Source: the human T2T-CHM13v2.0 reference genome, Homo sapiens
DNA length: 64,000 nt
Assembly: GCF_009914755.1 (NCBI RefSeq)
Contig: NC_060925.1
Direction: 5' to 3' (one strand)
Positions 20,561-36,640 of this stretch are shown one piece after another; the first letter of the stretch is position 1; the number at the start of each line of letters is the position of its first letter. A program made the position numbers and the translations under genes. A model generated the notes under the pieces. The model was not told where the DNA came from. It searched no databases and was given only the letters and a program-made list of their open reading frames with translations.

Positions 20561-20855
20561 GGCCGGGCGTGGTGGTTCACGCCTGTAATCCCAGCACTTT
20601 GGGAGGCCGAGGCAGGTGGATCATGAGGTCAGGAGATCGAGACCATCCTGGCTAACAGGGTGAAACCCCGTCTCTACTAAAAATACAAAAAGTTAGCCGG
20701 GCGCAGTGGTGGGTGCCTGTAGTCCCAGCTACTCAGGAGGCTGAGGCAGAAGAATGGTGTGAACCCGGGAGGCAGAGCTTGCAGTGAGCTGAGATAGCGC
20801 CACTGCAGTCCGGCCTGGGCAAAAGAGTGAGACTCTGTCTCAAAAAAAAAAAAAA
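20561..20855 (+). mobile_element. AluY element (Yk-like 3' end)
   Basis: AluY diagnostics plus GAGATAGCGCCACTGCAGTCCGGCCTGGGCAAAAGAG; TSD AAACCAATGA. Confidence 0.93.
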
Positions 20856-21655
20856 CCAATGAATTGGAAATATCTAGTGAATCTGTATTTCTCTAAATCT
20901 CCTCAAATGTTTCTAGTAATTAGTAAGGTTTGAAAACCACTGCTTTTGACTTTCTGGCAAAACTAATAATTGTTTTCATGGAAAAAAAGTGTGTCTTGCC
21001 ACTTCCATATTAATTCTCCCCCGTCCCCCCACCCCTGCTAAGGAAATTCTGCATATTATAAGTCATATATAAATATTTGGATTGAGCTTTACCAATAAGC
21101 TTGCAAATAAAGGTGAGGCTAAAACTTAAAGAATTTACAGGCATTCATCCAATCATTTATTAGAATCATTTAGCTACCAACTGTTGGTGAGTACTCACCA
21201 CATGCCAGGCTGGATGCTAGGTGCTGGAGATGGTGTGGTGGACACAGTGTGGTCCCTGCCTTTGGTCCTGCTCTTGTATGTTTCTGTGCATAAAGTCTCC
21301 CACTTTCAGAGGAGGCAATGGGATTCTTCAGCTTCTGGCTGCTGTCTGAGGTTTAGACTCATCAAGGTGAGGAATGTATTTGTTGCCAGGCTGGAGTGGG
21401 GAGCTTCTCCTGAGGGTTGTGGCCCAATTGGAAAGCCAGCCACAAATCATGCTCAGATTGATAGTGCTCTTAAAAATAAATTATCTCCTGGTCTTATGCC
21501 ACTGATGGTCTTGTCAAGAAGGACATTAATCCTATGCTCCCTTTAATCACATGCCAGGGTTGCGTACAAGCCAACTGAGACAAAAAAGGTACCTATACAG
21601 CTGGACATAGCAAACTGTTTAAATGACAGCCCTGGCTCAAACAACTTTTCCAGGA

Positions 21656-21656
<1 letters not shown>

Positions 21657-21706
<50 letters not shown>

Positions 21707-21724
21707 CAGAGAGAGAGAGAGAGA
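21657..21724 (+). repeat. (TG)n(GA)n compound dinucleotide microsatellite
   Basis: About 22 TG units followed by a GA run, read directly. Confidence 0.98.
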
Positions 21725-23973
21725 TTGAGATTCTCATTGGCATTTGCAGATACATTTCCAACTCAGTACTAAGGGTAACGAATAGGCCTGGCCTGTTGGC
21801 CCAAGACTAATAGTAAGGACATGGCATTTAGCCGAGCTTAATTCCCCTGCTTGGTTTCTGGCTATTCAAAGATAGCTCCAGTGTCCAGACTGCAGCAGTC
21901 TTTGCTCCTCTGTTAAATACAAGTGTGCCAATTGCCAAGGACACTAAGATATTCTTGATTCTTAAAGACACCAAGCAAGTGTGAAGGGGATGATGAAATA
22001 CAAATTAGCTTCATCTAGGATATTGCTCTTTAGGCCGGCCTTCCTATTAGTTAGTTGGGAGAATGCAGATTGCCTTGTGGTTTGAGACCTGTTATTCAGT
22101 CCAGCTGATGCCCAAATCAGGAGATTCTTTGGGACTAAACAAATGAGACTTGCTCACTCTTATCTTGACCTCATGTTTATTCCTCAGCTCTTCCCTTGTC
22201 ATGCAAAGTGGATCCTATTTTTCTAGGACTATATTCCAAACTGCATCTGCTTTAGAACCAAATAAGTCTCTCGCATTCCCCCTCCACTCCTTGCAATAGT
22301 TTTCCTTGCCTCTCTAATGTGCATATCCCCTTCAATTACATGACTGGACCAGGAAAAATCTACTTAGCCTGAAGCCAATGACTCCAGATGATCATAAATA
22401 AACACCAGAAATGCAAAAGTCGTCCCTGCATTGGCCAAGAGCTCTTTATTTCTGCATGCTCAATGGAGCAGAGAAAAATGGATTAGAGCCTGGAAGAATG
22501 TGAGTGTAACTATTTGTTCATTGATGATCAGCTACTGCTGTGTTTTCAAAAAAAGGGTGGGTCTCCTCTCTCTGACCCTAATTTGATTCAAATATTTTTA
22601 CCCTCTAGATCAACAATTTGAATGAATGTCAGCTCCCATATCTGGGGAGAGAATTGGGGCCTGAGATAGATTAGGATATTCAGCTCTCAACTTACCCCAG
22701 CAAGTTCTGACAATACTGTACCATCAGACGTAAACCATTTTAAATTCCCACTTATTCTCTGCAGAACCTGACTCTCAAAGGTAAATTACAGGAATAAAGA
22801 GCCATCCGCTGGAGGTAGGAAGTGGGAGATTAATAACAAATAGAGAGCATAAAGACTAGTTAAATTTATTTATTTTTAATCTAAGTGTTCCTTTTATTAT
22901 CAGATTTGGAGCTCAGGAGAATAAGGAGGTCAAAGAGGTAGAGAGAATACACGTGGCTGAGATTATATAATGCCATTCTAACAAAGTAATAAAAGTGTCA
23001 TAAACTCCCTGACATTTAATATCCTAAAGGACAGCTAGCAATCTCAAGGACTAAATAGCTTAGGAAATTTCCTTTAGAGATAAAGAGTGTGTCCTCAATC
23101 AAAGGGCTGTGGACTCGGTCACTCATTCACATTTTATGATGACATAGGATGATTTGCTTACAAATTGAGAAAACAAACCATATCCGCAAGTGCCAGCTTC
23201 GAAGCAAAACTGGGAAAACAAATCTACCTATACTGGCCATTTTAAATGAAATAAAAGCTTTCTGATTAAGGTTTGCGGATTTCTTTCCTTGTTTTCATCA
23301 CAAAGAAAAGAGAAATGGAAAGGAGAGAAGAAAGGCAAAGCCCACTGCTCTTTGAAATACAGATCACGATGCCCACAGAACCATATTTTTCTTGGATATG
23401 TACATTTTTATACAACTAAGCATTCCTGGATTTGGGCTCTTTTAGGAAATGTATCCAACAACCTGATCACTAGCCAGAAACCATAGAGTGAATGTTGAAG
23501 AAGCTGACCTACATATTTCCAAGGTACCTTTAAAATACATCTTTTTTAAAGATGATCAGTTCTTTTGGTGATTCACGTAGCTGGGCAATGGTCCAACTTC
23601 ACTGTCTAATGTCTTTTTCCATGAACAGTTTCTCAGCAGTGGTCAGGTGAGTAGCATTGACCACTCAATGCTCCACTTTAGTTTAGGACATTGAAAGCCA
23701 CAAGAGAATGTTACTACCACCTCTACAACCAGAACAAGTGAAAAGGTCTTCAAGAGAATAACATTTTTCAGGTCCTCAGAGAGCTGAGATTATAAAGTAA
23801 CATATTGAATTAAACTCATGCTACTCCAAAGAGAGAGGAACATACAACCTTTCCATTCCCAACTTGTAGGCCAAAAGCGGACATAATCTCCAAAGGGGGA
23901 AGAACCTGACAGGCTTCATCAGCATTTCAAAACTTCCTGTCAAGCTAAACCAATTTAAAAATGCCTATTAGAT

Positions 23974-24272
23974 GGCCAGGAACAATAGTTTATGCCTGTA
24001 ATACCAGTACTTTGGAAGGCTGAGGTAGAAGAATCACTGGAGGCCAGGAGTTCAAGAACAGCCTGGGCAAGATAGCAGACCTGTCTCTACAAAAAATAAA
24101 AAAAATAAAAAATTAGCCAGGTGTGGAGATGTATGCCTATAGTCCTAGCTACTCAGAAGGCTGAGGCAGGAGGATCCCTTGAGTCTAGGAGTTTGAGGTT
24201 ACAGTGAACTATGATTGTGCCACTGCACTCCAGCCTTGGTGACAGAGAGAGACTTTGTTTCTAAAATAAAAA
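23974..24272 (+). mobile_element. AluJ element
   Basis: Diverged Alu with J-type GGAGGATC..GAGTTTGAGGTTACAGTGAACTATGATTG. Confidence 0.92.
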
Positions 24273-24687
24273 TTTTAAAACCCTATAAGTCACTTAACGA
24301 TTATTCACAAATAATTAATAATAATGACTAGTGTTTAGCATGTTATATGCTCAACTTCATATACCTTCTAACTCTTGAATCAAATACTGCCATTGAAAAA
24401 TTTTTTAATAGATAAATAACCCAAGGCTTAGCAGAAGTGAAATAATTTGCTCAGAAACTATTCTACAAAGCCTTTAGCCCAGACCAGGCTACTCTTCCAC
24501 TGCTGTTCGTGATCGGAATGAAAATCAGGAGGTGCTTACATTGCTAAAATTTTCTGAATATCTGAGGCAGATTTTCTTTTAAGTCCCAAGGAATCATTGT
24601 GACATTCCCAGGGAAATGCAAAAACCTGAAGTTTTAAAACATATGCATACTTTCAATTTAACTGCCCCAAATCATCTGAATTGATTA

Positions 24688-25389
<702 letters not shown>

Positions 25390-25824
25390 GTTATTTAAAT
25401 TCTCAAAGGAATTGTGCAGGGAAATTAAAGATATGCAAAGAATAAATGTTGCTTGAAATAAATATTTAGATGCCTAAGCCCCTCACTGCATAATCACTCT
25501 TGACTTTTTTTTCCTTAGGTGTATATATATGAAATTATTATAAAATATATTATAAAAATTAGAATTTAAAATGTAAATATTCATTCCATGCATGCTTTGT
25601 TCAGGAATGTTACAATGATTTAAAACTAGAATAATCTACATCATCAATAGTATTTAACATGCTACTTATAAAGGCTTAATATTTAGAATTCAACCCAATT
25701 TCTATTTCAACATGGTAGACTGACGTGGTATCACTTGCCCTTCTCATTTAAACAAGCTGTAAGAAAGGCTGTTCAAAGGGGAAAACATACTTCCTAACAT
25801 AGATAAAAGAGTATTCTGCATCTC

Positions 25825-26120
25825 AGCCAGCCACAGTGGTGGCTCATGCCTGTAATCCCAGCACTTTGGGAGGCTGAGGCATGGATCACCTGAGGTCAGG
25901 AGTTCGAGAACAGCCTGACTAACGTGGTGAAACCCTGTCTCTACTAAAAATGCAAAAATTAGCCAGGCATGGTGGCATGCCCCTGTAGTCCCAGCTACTC
26001 AGGAGGCTGAAGTGGCAGAATTGCTTGAACCCAGGAGACTGAGGCGGCAGTGAACTGAGATCACATCACTACACTCCAGCCTGGGCAACGGTGCAAGACC
26101 CTGTCTCAAAAAAAAAAAAA
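25825..26120 (+). mobile_element. AluS element
   Basis: Full Alu; TSD AGTATTCTG(CA/TG)TCTC. Confidence 0.93.
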
Positions 26121-26214
26121 GTATTCTGTGTCTCTTTGAAACTCTTTGTGGCTACATATTTCCATTAGTTTCATAACAGTTTCCCATTCTTTGCTGAGAA
26201 GCACGGGCTCAGAG

Positions 26215-26702
26215 TGTGACCACACCAGACCAATCTGGCTCAGCTTTCATGTCACAATGTGGTAGTTGCTTTTCAGTTGTCATAAAGCACAGATTGAAGG
26301 TCACATAAGCTGAGCATGCCCAGATGAACCAAGTGTGCAACCATAGGGGGAAACCTAAGAGCTCAGACTGAGGGGAAGGGACTGAATTAAGAAGTGGATA
26401 CAACATGGTAGGATCCAGGGTCTACTTAGATCAAGCTCTGGCATCACCCCATGGCAGGATCCAGACAGATCCTACCTCCCAGCATCATCTCAAATCTCAT
26501 TGCAAGATCCAATCAGATCACATCTCATCACCTTATGCTTATAAACCCAACCCAAACCCCAGCGCAGGGAGACAGATTTGAGTATTTCCTCCTGTCTGCT
26601 TGCCAGGCGACTCACAATAAAGCTTTTCTTCTCTCTAAAGCTGGTCCAATGGTATTAGCCTCTCTGCACCTTGGACAGTGAGTTCATGATTACTCAGTAA
26701 TG
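26215..26702 (+). mobile_element. Solo LTR (LTR47-like, ERVL class)
   Basis: TGTGACCACACCAGACCAATCTGG start; repeated (GCAG)GATCCA(A)TCAGATC blocks; TATAAA ~26540; AATAAA ~26616. Confidence 0.7.
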
Positions 26703-26819
26703 AGAGGACTTAACTAAGAGTTACTCAGAACATGAGCCATCCCTGCCATGAACTACCTAGAAAGATGATGTTGATGGCAATGACGATGATGATGGATAAT
26801 TGTGAAATAGTCACTAAGT

Positions 26820-27162
<343 letters not shown>

Positions 27163-27644
27163 TTATCTGGTTTAAAAGTCACAACAGCTTTCTAAGGAGG
27201 ATATTATTATTGTTGTTATTCCAACTTTATAGATGAGGAAACAGCAAAAAGATCTAAAGTCCCTTGCCCAGGACCACATAGCTAGAGAGTATTAATACCT
27301 GGAGGCAAACCCAATAATCTGATTCCAAAGCCATGTCCTTTTCTCCATTGTGCCTCTGCGCCACTAGAGCTTACCATGTTATATAAAGTCTCTTGGACTC
27401 CTAGTCATAACTTGTTAAACGAGACCTTTAGTCTACTGGTTTAAGATTCTGGATTCTCACAAATTCCACCCATGGAAATAAAGTGTGTGGATGCATAAAA
27501 TGCACTGGAATACCCCTCACTTCTCCACCATGTCAATGTATTAATTAGCAAGTGCTTATTGCACGGTGGCAGCCTTTAGCTGGATGCTAAGGAATGCTCC
27601 TACTTCGGGTTTTTAGCATCTGCTTAGAAATACTCATTTTACTG

Positions 27645-27943
27645 GGCCAGGCACGGTGGCTCACGCCTGTAATCCCAGCACTTCGGAAGGTCAAGGTGGG
27701 CAGATCACTTGAGGTCAGGAGCTTGAGACCAGCCTGGCCAACATGGTGAAGCCCTGTCTCTACTAAAAATACAAAACTTAGCCAGGCATGGTGGCGCATG
27801 CTTGTAATCCCAGCTACTCAGGAAGCTGAGGTGGGAGAACCGCTTGAATCCAGTATGTGGAGGTTGCAGTGACCCAAGACTGTATAGCTGCACTCCAGCC
27901 TGGGCAAAAGAGCAAGACTCTGTCTTAAAAAATAATAATAAAA
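27645..27943 (+). mobile_element. AluS element
   Basis: Full Alu; 18-bp TSD AGAAATACTCATTTTACT. Confidence 0.95.
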
Positions 27944-28033
27944 AGAAATACTCATTTTACTATTATTCTATAAATTAGAAGTTACTTAGAGATACTTTTT
28001 GAAGCAAGTTCTTGTCATCAAAACAATACTCAG

Positions 28034-28415
28034 GCTCTCGACCTTAGCGCCATTTTCTTGGAAACCTCTGCGCCACGAGAGCCAAGTGGAGGAAGAAGCG
28101 AACACGCAGGCTGAAGCGCCAGAGAAGAAAGATGAGGCAGAGGTCCAAGTAAACCGCTAGCTTGTTGCACTGTGGAGGCCACAGGAGCAGAAACATGGAA
28201 CACCAGACGCTGGGGATGCTGGTACAAGTTGTGGGACTACATGCTACTGCCTAGAGCTTGCTCATAAACCCAACTTGCTCATAAACAAAACTGCCCATCT
28301 CGGTCCTCTGCCCTGGACCTGTGACATTCTGGACTATTTCTGTGTTTATTTGTGGCCGAGTGTAACAACCATATAATAAATCACCTCTTCCGCTGTTTTA
28401 GCTGAAAAAAAAAAA
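28034..28415 (+). pseudogene. RPL41P: Processed pseudogene (retrocopy) of ribosomal protein L41 (eL41)
   Basis: 28075-28152 reads (ACG)[24 protein letters not shown] versus RPL41 [25 protein letters not shown]. Intronless 5' UTR, CDS and 3' UTR; AATAAA ~28375; poly-A 28405-28415; TSD AATACTCAG at 28025-28033 and 28416-28424. The pseudogene number cannot be fixed from sequence (RPL41P5 is a guess). Confidence 0.97.
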
Positions 28416-28884
28416 AATACTCAGACACTCCGATCTTCAATGTCAGAATTTTTAAAAACATGACCATGTTCTTTTACAAAAATTCATGCTCAGTTATCAA
28501 CTGACGTCTGATCTCAATTCGTACAGCCGACTACCCTGAACTGCCTCACTTGGGATTATTTCTAAGCAAACCCCAGATATTAAATCATTTCATGTGTAAA
28601 TAACTCAGCGTGTGTTAACAACTCAAGGAAAGAATTCCACAGAACCAGAATCTCATTATTATACTTTTAAAAAAGTATTAATTTGTTACTATCAAACATT
28701 CAGTTAGCATTCCAATTTCTCTGATTGTGTCCTAACTTTTTTTTATACTTTGAGTATCATGTTGTTCTTTGTCATAATTAAAGGTTATCATTTCCCAAAG
28801 TGTCTTCCTTGAGATGTTAAGTGATGTTATGCAATTTTTACAAAACATCTTGTGGGCCAATAAATTTAGAGGACACTGAAGTAA

Positions 28885-29220
<336 letters not shown>

Positions 29221-30829
29221 TCTCACTATAGGACTTTCTTAAGCCTTCGATATATTAGTGTGCATTGAGACCTTCAGCAGAGGCACTTGGTATGCAGCTT
29301 TTCCCAAATCAGTTTGAACACAAATTTTTTTTCTGAAACACACCTTAGAAAATATTGCCATGGGCAAAGATTTTTGTCTCAGTTTTCTTTTCCTTGTGTG
29401 AAATTTAATGGAGTTCATTTTGTCCTCCTAGAAATCTCAATGGAGACCAGTTTCACCTGTACACAGCCTAAATTCTGTTAATGAAGGGATTGTTTCAGAA
29501 CAATGGTTACAGGGTTAGCATGTGAGTAGAGCAATGGCCACCATATTTTCTGCAAATAAAAGTTTAATATATGTTGGATTGATACATGGTTTGAATACAT
29601 GACTTAGCAAAAATGCACAATATTTAAATCACTATTCTTAGAATTTAGCACGTGTGATCAGGCTTTTGGATAAAATGAAGCTGTTCTTTACCAGGGAAAA
29701 CAGCCCATTCTTGCTATGCGACAACTTGCGTAGTGACTATGCTTTCCAAAAACTGATAGGACATATTGTATGAAATAGGATTTCTGTATCACAAGGGGCT
29801 AGAAGTAAGCGATCTGAGAAATATAGATTTAATTCCAAAAGTAAGAAATGTCTAGGACATTTTATCGGTTTATAGACATAACAAGGCAAAACATTTGCAA
29901 TTAGGTGTCTCTAAGAGGTTTGAGATGTGCTATCTTTGAATGAGAAATGGCCGCATAGACTTACCTAGTTCAAGCACTGGATTTTCAGTTTCTCTTGAGG
30001 TACATGTTCTATGTCTAGTGCTCACTCCATAATCCTAAAACCAATACTATAGAGAAAAAGTGGCTCAATTTATGTTTCAAAATGAAAGCAGCTATACTGG
30101 CAGAGGACAATGATTTCCCATCTCCTATGAGGGACAGGGAGAAAATGGAAGGCTGAAATAATATTATATTAGGATTACACTGAGTTGGCCCAGGCGACCC
30201 TAACTTTTCTGTAATATCCCCAGGATCATACCCTCCGCCAGGGCTAGTCTTTGAAATGCCCCTATCTTTTAATCTACAACAGTCACCATCCCCTATGTAA
30301 TGAGAATGATGCACATCTGCCCAGGACCTTTCCAAAGCCTGTATCTTTTAGGACAGTCATGAGTGCAGTAGCCCAGGGGTTATGTGTTGTTTCAGGATTT
30401 TACTTAGCTAACTTGCTTTCTCTTGGGCAGAAACAGCAATCAAATTAAAATGAGTGATGCTAATTGGGAGGCTGGTTGATTTCTATTTTCTTTTGCATCA
30501 ACTGCTCTGAGAGCAAAGTTAGAAAAGTTTGTTTTCGCCGGCAGGCATCGGGAACATGACTGCAATTACCACCCTCTCATTTTCCAAGCTAAGGCTATAA
30601 AGAGTGAAGAATGACAATGTCTTCTTCAACTGCAGCCGCATTTTTTGAATTGCTGGTCTGTGCGAAATGTCTCTATTGCCTCTGGTTAAGGACCAGGCAC
30701 CTGTATTGAGGCATTAGCACCAGGCTTGGCTACAGAGGTACAGAGTCAGGCCCTAGACCTTCAGGGATTTGTAGTCTAACAGGGGAGAGATGGCTAAATT
30801 ATCAATCATAGAGCGTGTGGTCGCCTTTC

Positions 30830-31790
<961 letters not shown>

Positions 31791-31794
31791 TATG

Positions 31795-32733
31795 AGACAG
31801 TGCAGCAGTTTTAGAAAACAATCTGGAAGCTCTTCAAAATACAAAGCATGGAGTTCCCGCCTGATCCGGCAGTTCTGCTCTGAGGTGTACACCCAAAAAA
31901 AATGAAAACATGTCCAAACAAAAACTTGTAACAAGTGTTCATAGCAACGTTATTGATAATAGCCAAAAACTGGAAAACAACTCAACTGTCCATTAAATAA
32001 TAGATTTTTTTAATGTGGCAAATTCACTGGTGCGGTGACTCACACCTGTAATCCCAGCACTTTGGGAGGCCAAGGTGGGTGGATCACTTGAGGTCAGGAA
32101 TTTGAGACCAGCCTGGCCAACATGCTGAAACCCTGTCTCTACTAAAAATACAAAAATTAGCTGGACATGGTGGCACACACCTGTAATCCCAGCTACTCAG
32201 GAGGCTGAGGCATGAGAATCACTTAACCCAAGAGGCAAAGGTTGCAGTGAACCAAGATCACACCACTGCACTCCAGCCTAGGTGACAGAGTTAAGACTCT
32301 GTCTCAAAAAAAAAAAAACAAAACAAAAAAAGATAAAATGTGGCATATTCACACAATGGAATATTATACAAGGAATAAAGTGCTGATATCTTGAGGAACC
32401 TTGAAAACATCCTGGGTGAAAGAAGCCAGTGACAAAAGACCACATATTAATAATATATGATTCGACTTACATAAAATGTTCATAATAAGAAAATACACAG
32501 AAAAGAAAGTAGATTTGTGGTTGCCTAGGGCTGGGGCTGGTAGGAGGGGGATAGAGAAATGACTGCTCGTGGCTCTGGGGCTTCTTTTGGGGGTGATGAA
32601 AATGTTCTAAAATTAGATTCTGGTGGTGGTACAACTCTGTGAATATAAAAAGCCTTTGAATTGTATCTTTAAATGGGTGGATTGTGTGACGTATGAATTA
32701 TACCTAAATAAATCTGTCAGAAGAAAAAGAAAA
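31795..32733 (+). mobile_element. L1MB-class 3' fragment
   Basis: AATAGCCAAAAACTGGAAA, CACAATGGAATATTA, GTGAAAGAAGCCAG, GGGGTGATGAAAATGTTCTAAAATTAG, TGAATTATACCT..AATAAA. Confidence 0.85.
32027..32331 (+). mobile_element. AluS element nested in L1MB
   Basis: Full Alu; TSD AATGTGGCA(A/T)ATTCAC. Confidence 0.93.
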
Positions 32734-34207
32734 TGTTCATAGATGCTGCAGTGCATTTTGTATTGTGTCACATCAAGAGGCTCCCAAGTTCACACCATCC
32801 CCTGTTTAATGATGCTCAACCTCTTAGTTGAGATGGTGACCTCAGGTCTCTCCAAATGAAAGGTTAGCTTTCCATTTGTACAGAGCAAGCAATCTGTGGG
32901 GTGACAGATTGAAACACACAAGCAGCCTGCTCCCAGCATCTTCCCACCTCATGTTTTAGCAGACACTGCTAAGTCTGGTAAGACACTGCTAAGACTGACA
33001 AGTCTTACCAGAATCAATCATTTCACTGGGATTACAGAACGGCCAACAGTTCGTCTTACAGATTCAAAAGCTCAGATGGTTTGACAGACTTTCCAGAGTC
33101 ACTAGACAAGATGGTAGCAGAACAGGGACTAGAGCCCAGGGCTCCCTTTTCTAGCCCACTCCTGGTGCCATTGCCTTAGACTGTAATTCACCTGTGTATA
33201 AAGAGAGCTTCTGCTGCACTGAGGGGCAGGAAAGTGCTAAATAAGGAGTATTTCAAGGATCTGGCCGCAAAATTATTGCCTCACAACCTGGAGGAAATCC
33301 AGAAAGACTTCCTGGATGAGGTTGGGCTGTTGCTGTAGGCCTTGAAGGTTAATTAGGAAAACACAGGAGGAATCCATCTGTAGCAGAAGCAAAGAATCCC
33401 ACCAGGAACAGCCTCAGCATAGGGGAGAAACACTGTCAGTGAGCAGGGGAGTTAGAATTAGTTATAATCTAGCACTAAAGGGCATGAGCCCTTGAGCCAA
33501 ATTGTCAGGATTTGAGCACCAGCTCTGCCACTTTCTACCATAACCTCTCAGTGCCTTGATTCCTTGCTTATGAAAAGGGGATCACAGTAATACCAACCTC
33601 ATGGGGTTTTTATGATAATTAAATGAGTTTGAGAACAGTTCCTAGCAACAGTAAGTTATCAAAAATATTGGTTACCTTTACATTGCACAAAATGTTTGGA
33701 TGGCAATTTGCAAAGAATAGGAGTGCTATAGAAGTTAATGACAGCCAGCTGCCTTTCCCTCTGGAAACATGACATTGCCCCTGCTCAGTAAGCACCCCTT
33801 GGGCACTGCTACTGCAAGAGGCAAAGTGGGTTTTAGGGAAATAAGTCAGGATTGAAACCAGGATATCTGGGTTGCAATCTCACATCTGCCACCTACCACT
33901 GAGTGATGTAGAGTGAGTCCCCTGTCTTCTCTGAGCCTGTCTCTACAGTGTGAAATGGAGAGGTTGGACTAGTACATGTTCAATGACCTTTCTGCCTCTG
34001 ACCTCTGACGTGTGATTCTAAGAGTCTTCAGTGGGTATTTCAGCTCCTGCATCCTGCTCAGGGCTGCTAGGTTATGTAGAGTTGGCTCCTAGAAGTCTAA
34101 GGCATTACTTCTCTGACGTCAGAGTTGGTACATCTCAGAGCATCCAAGGTTACCCAAGGTTACTTCCATTTATCCATTTATCCATTTATCCATTTATCAA
34201 AAGGAGT

Positions 34208-34437
34208 AGATTCTTCCCTCTGCTGCACAGAAGATTGGTTCTAGAATCCCCACATATTCCACATTGACCATACTGAAGTCCTATACTCAGCCCTGTGTAC
34301 AGAAAAAGTTGGCCCTCTGTGTACATGGGTTTCTTGTCCAGGAATACTGTATTTTTGATCCAAGTTTGGTTGAAAAAAAATCCACTTATAAGTGGACCCA
34401 TGAAGTTCAAACCCATGTTGTTCAAGAGTCAACTGTA
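34208..34437. mobile_element. MER8-like Tigger DNA transposon relic
   Basis: GAATACTGTATTTTTGATCC..GGTTGAAAAAAAATCC..TAAGTGGACCC..GTTCAAACCCATGTTGTTCAAGAGTCAACTG-TA end. Confidence 0.8.
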
Positions 34438-34477
34438 GTTTTAAAAGACTCACATGAATTAATCAATCCTACAGTGA

Positions 34478-34800
<323 letters not shown>

Positions 34801-35185
34801 TTATAGTTACTCTTATCGTGAGTCGTAAGTAGCTCATTGTGTCAATGTCATAAAAGTTATGTTTCTTTCATTGTTTTCTACTTTTTAGTCTATCTGCAAC
34901 TTATAAATAAGCATGTTGGCTAGAAAACAGAATTCGTGGGAAAAATGTAAATCTTTGTTTGCACAAAGGTTTCTTTGACGCTCATAAGTACACAGCATGA
35001 AGCACATCTAAATGTGTATGTTATATTTATGATTGAGAAATATCAGGTGAAAAACATAATTCTGGTATGTCCTCAACTCCACATTCCATATATAATATTT
35101 TCCTTCTTTGCATTTTGAGACATAGTAGGCAATCAGCAAAGATAACTGATTGATATTATACCCTGTAGTGGAGAAAGAGGGCTGA

Positions 35186-35518
<333 letters not shown>

Positions 35519-35764
35519 TCATTGTTTTCTTTATTCCTGGGTTTCCAGCACCTAGAACAGTGCCTGGTACAAAAGAGTTACTAGAACAATATTGGATGCT
35601 GTCATGGCTTTAAAACACATCCACAGGTCGGGTGCCGTCACTCAGACTGAGAGATTCAAGAGAGAGTGGGGAAGAAACTGTGGTGCATTTTGTGATCTAG
35701 TCCCTGAAATTGTATGCCTTCACTTCTGCTTTATGCTAAATCACTAAATCCAGCCTACACTTAA

Positions 35765-36389
<625 letters not shown>

Positions 36390-36494
36390 TTCCTTGACAC
36401 TTTTCCTTTCAAGAAATAGAACTTAATTACTCTCCCTTTAAGTGTAGGCTGGATTTAGTGATTCACTTCTAATGAAAAAAACAAAGCAGAAGTG

Positions 36495-36640
36495 TCTAGG
36501 CATGGTGGCCCACACCAGTAATCCCAGTTTGGGGAGGCCAAGGCAGGAGGATGGCTTAAGGCCAGAAATTCTAAACCAGCCTAGGCAATGTAGCAAGACC
36601 TCATCTCTACAAAAACAAAAATGTAAAAAGTATTAAAAAT
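36495..36640 (+). mobile_element. FLAM / left Alu monomer
   Basis: Monomer with A-rich tail; TSD AAGCAGAAGTG. Confidence 0.85.

Noticed and set aside
26400-26530. Spaced GGATCCA(A)TCAGATC repeats resembling a repeat-spacer array
   Set aside because: Internal repeats of an LTR U3 region; degenerate, only three units, eukaryotic context, so not CRISPR-like.
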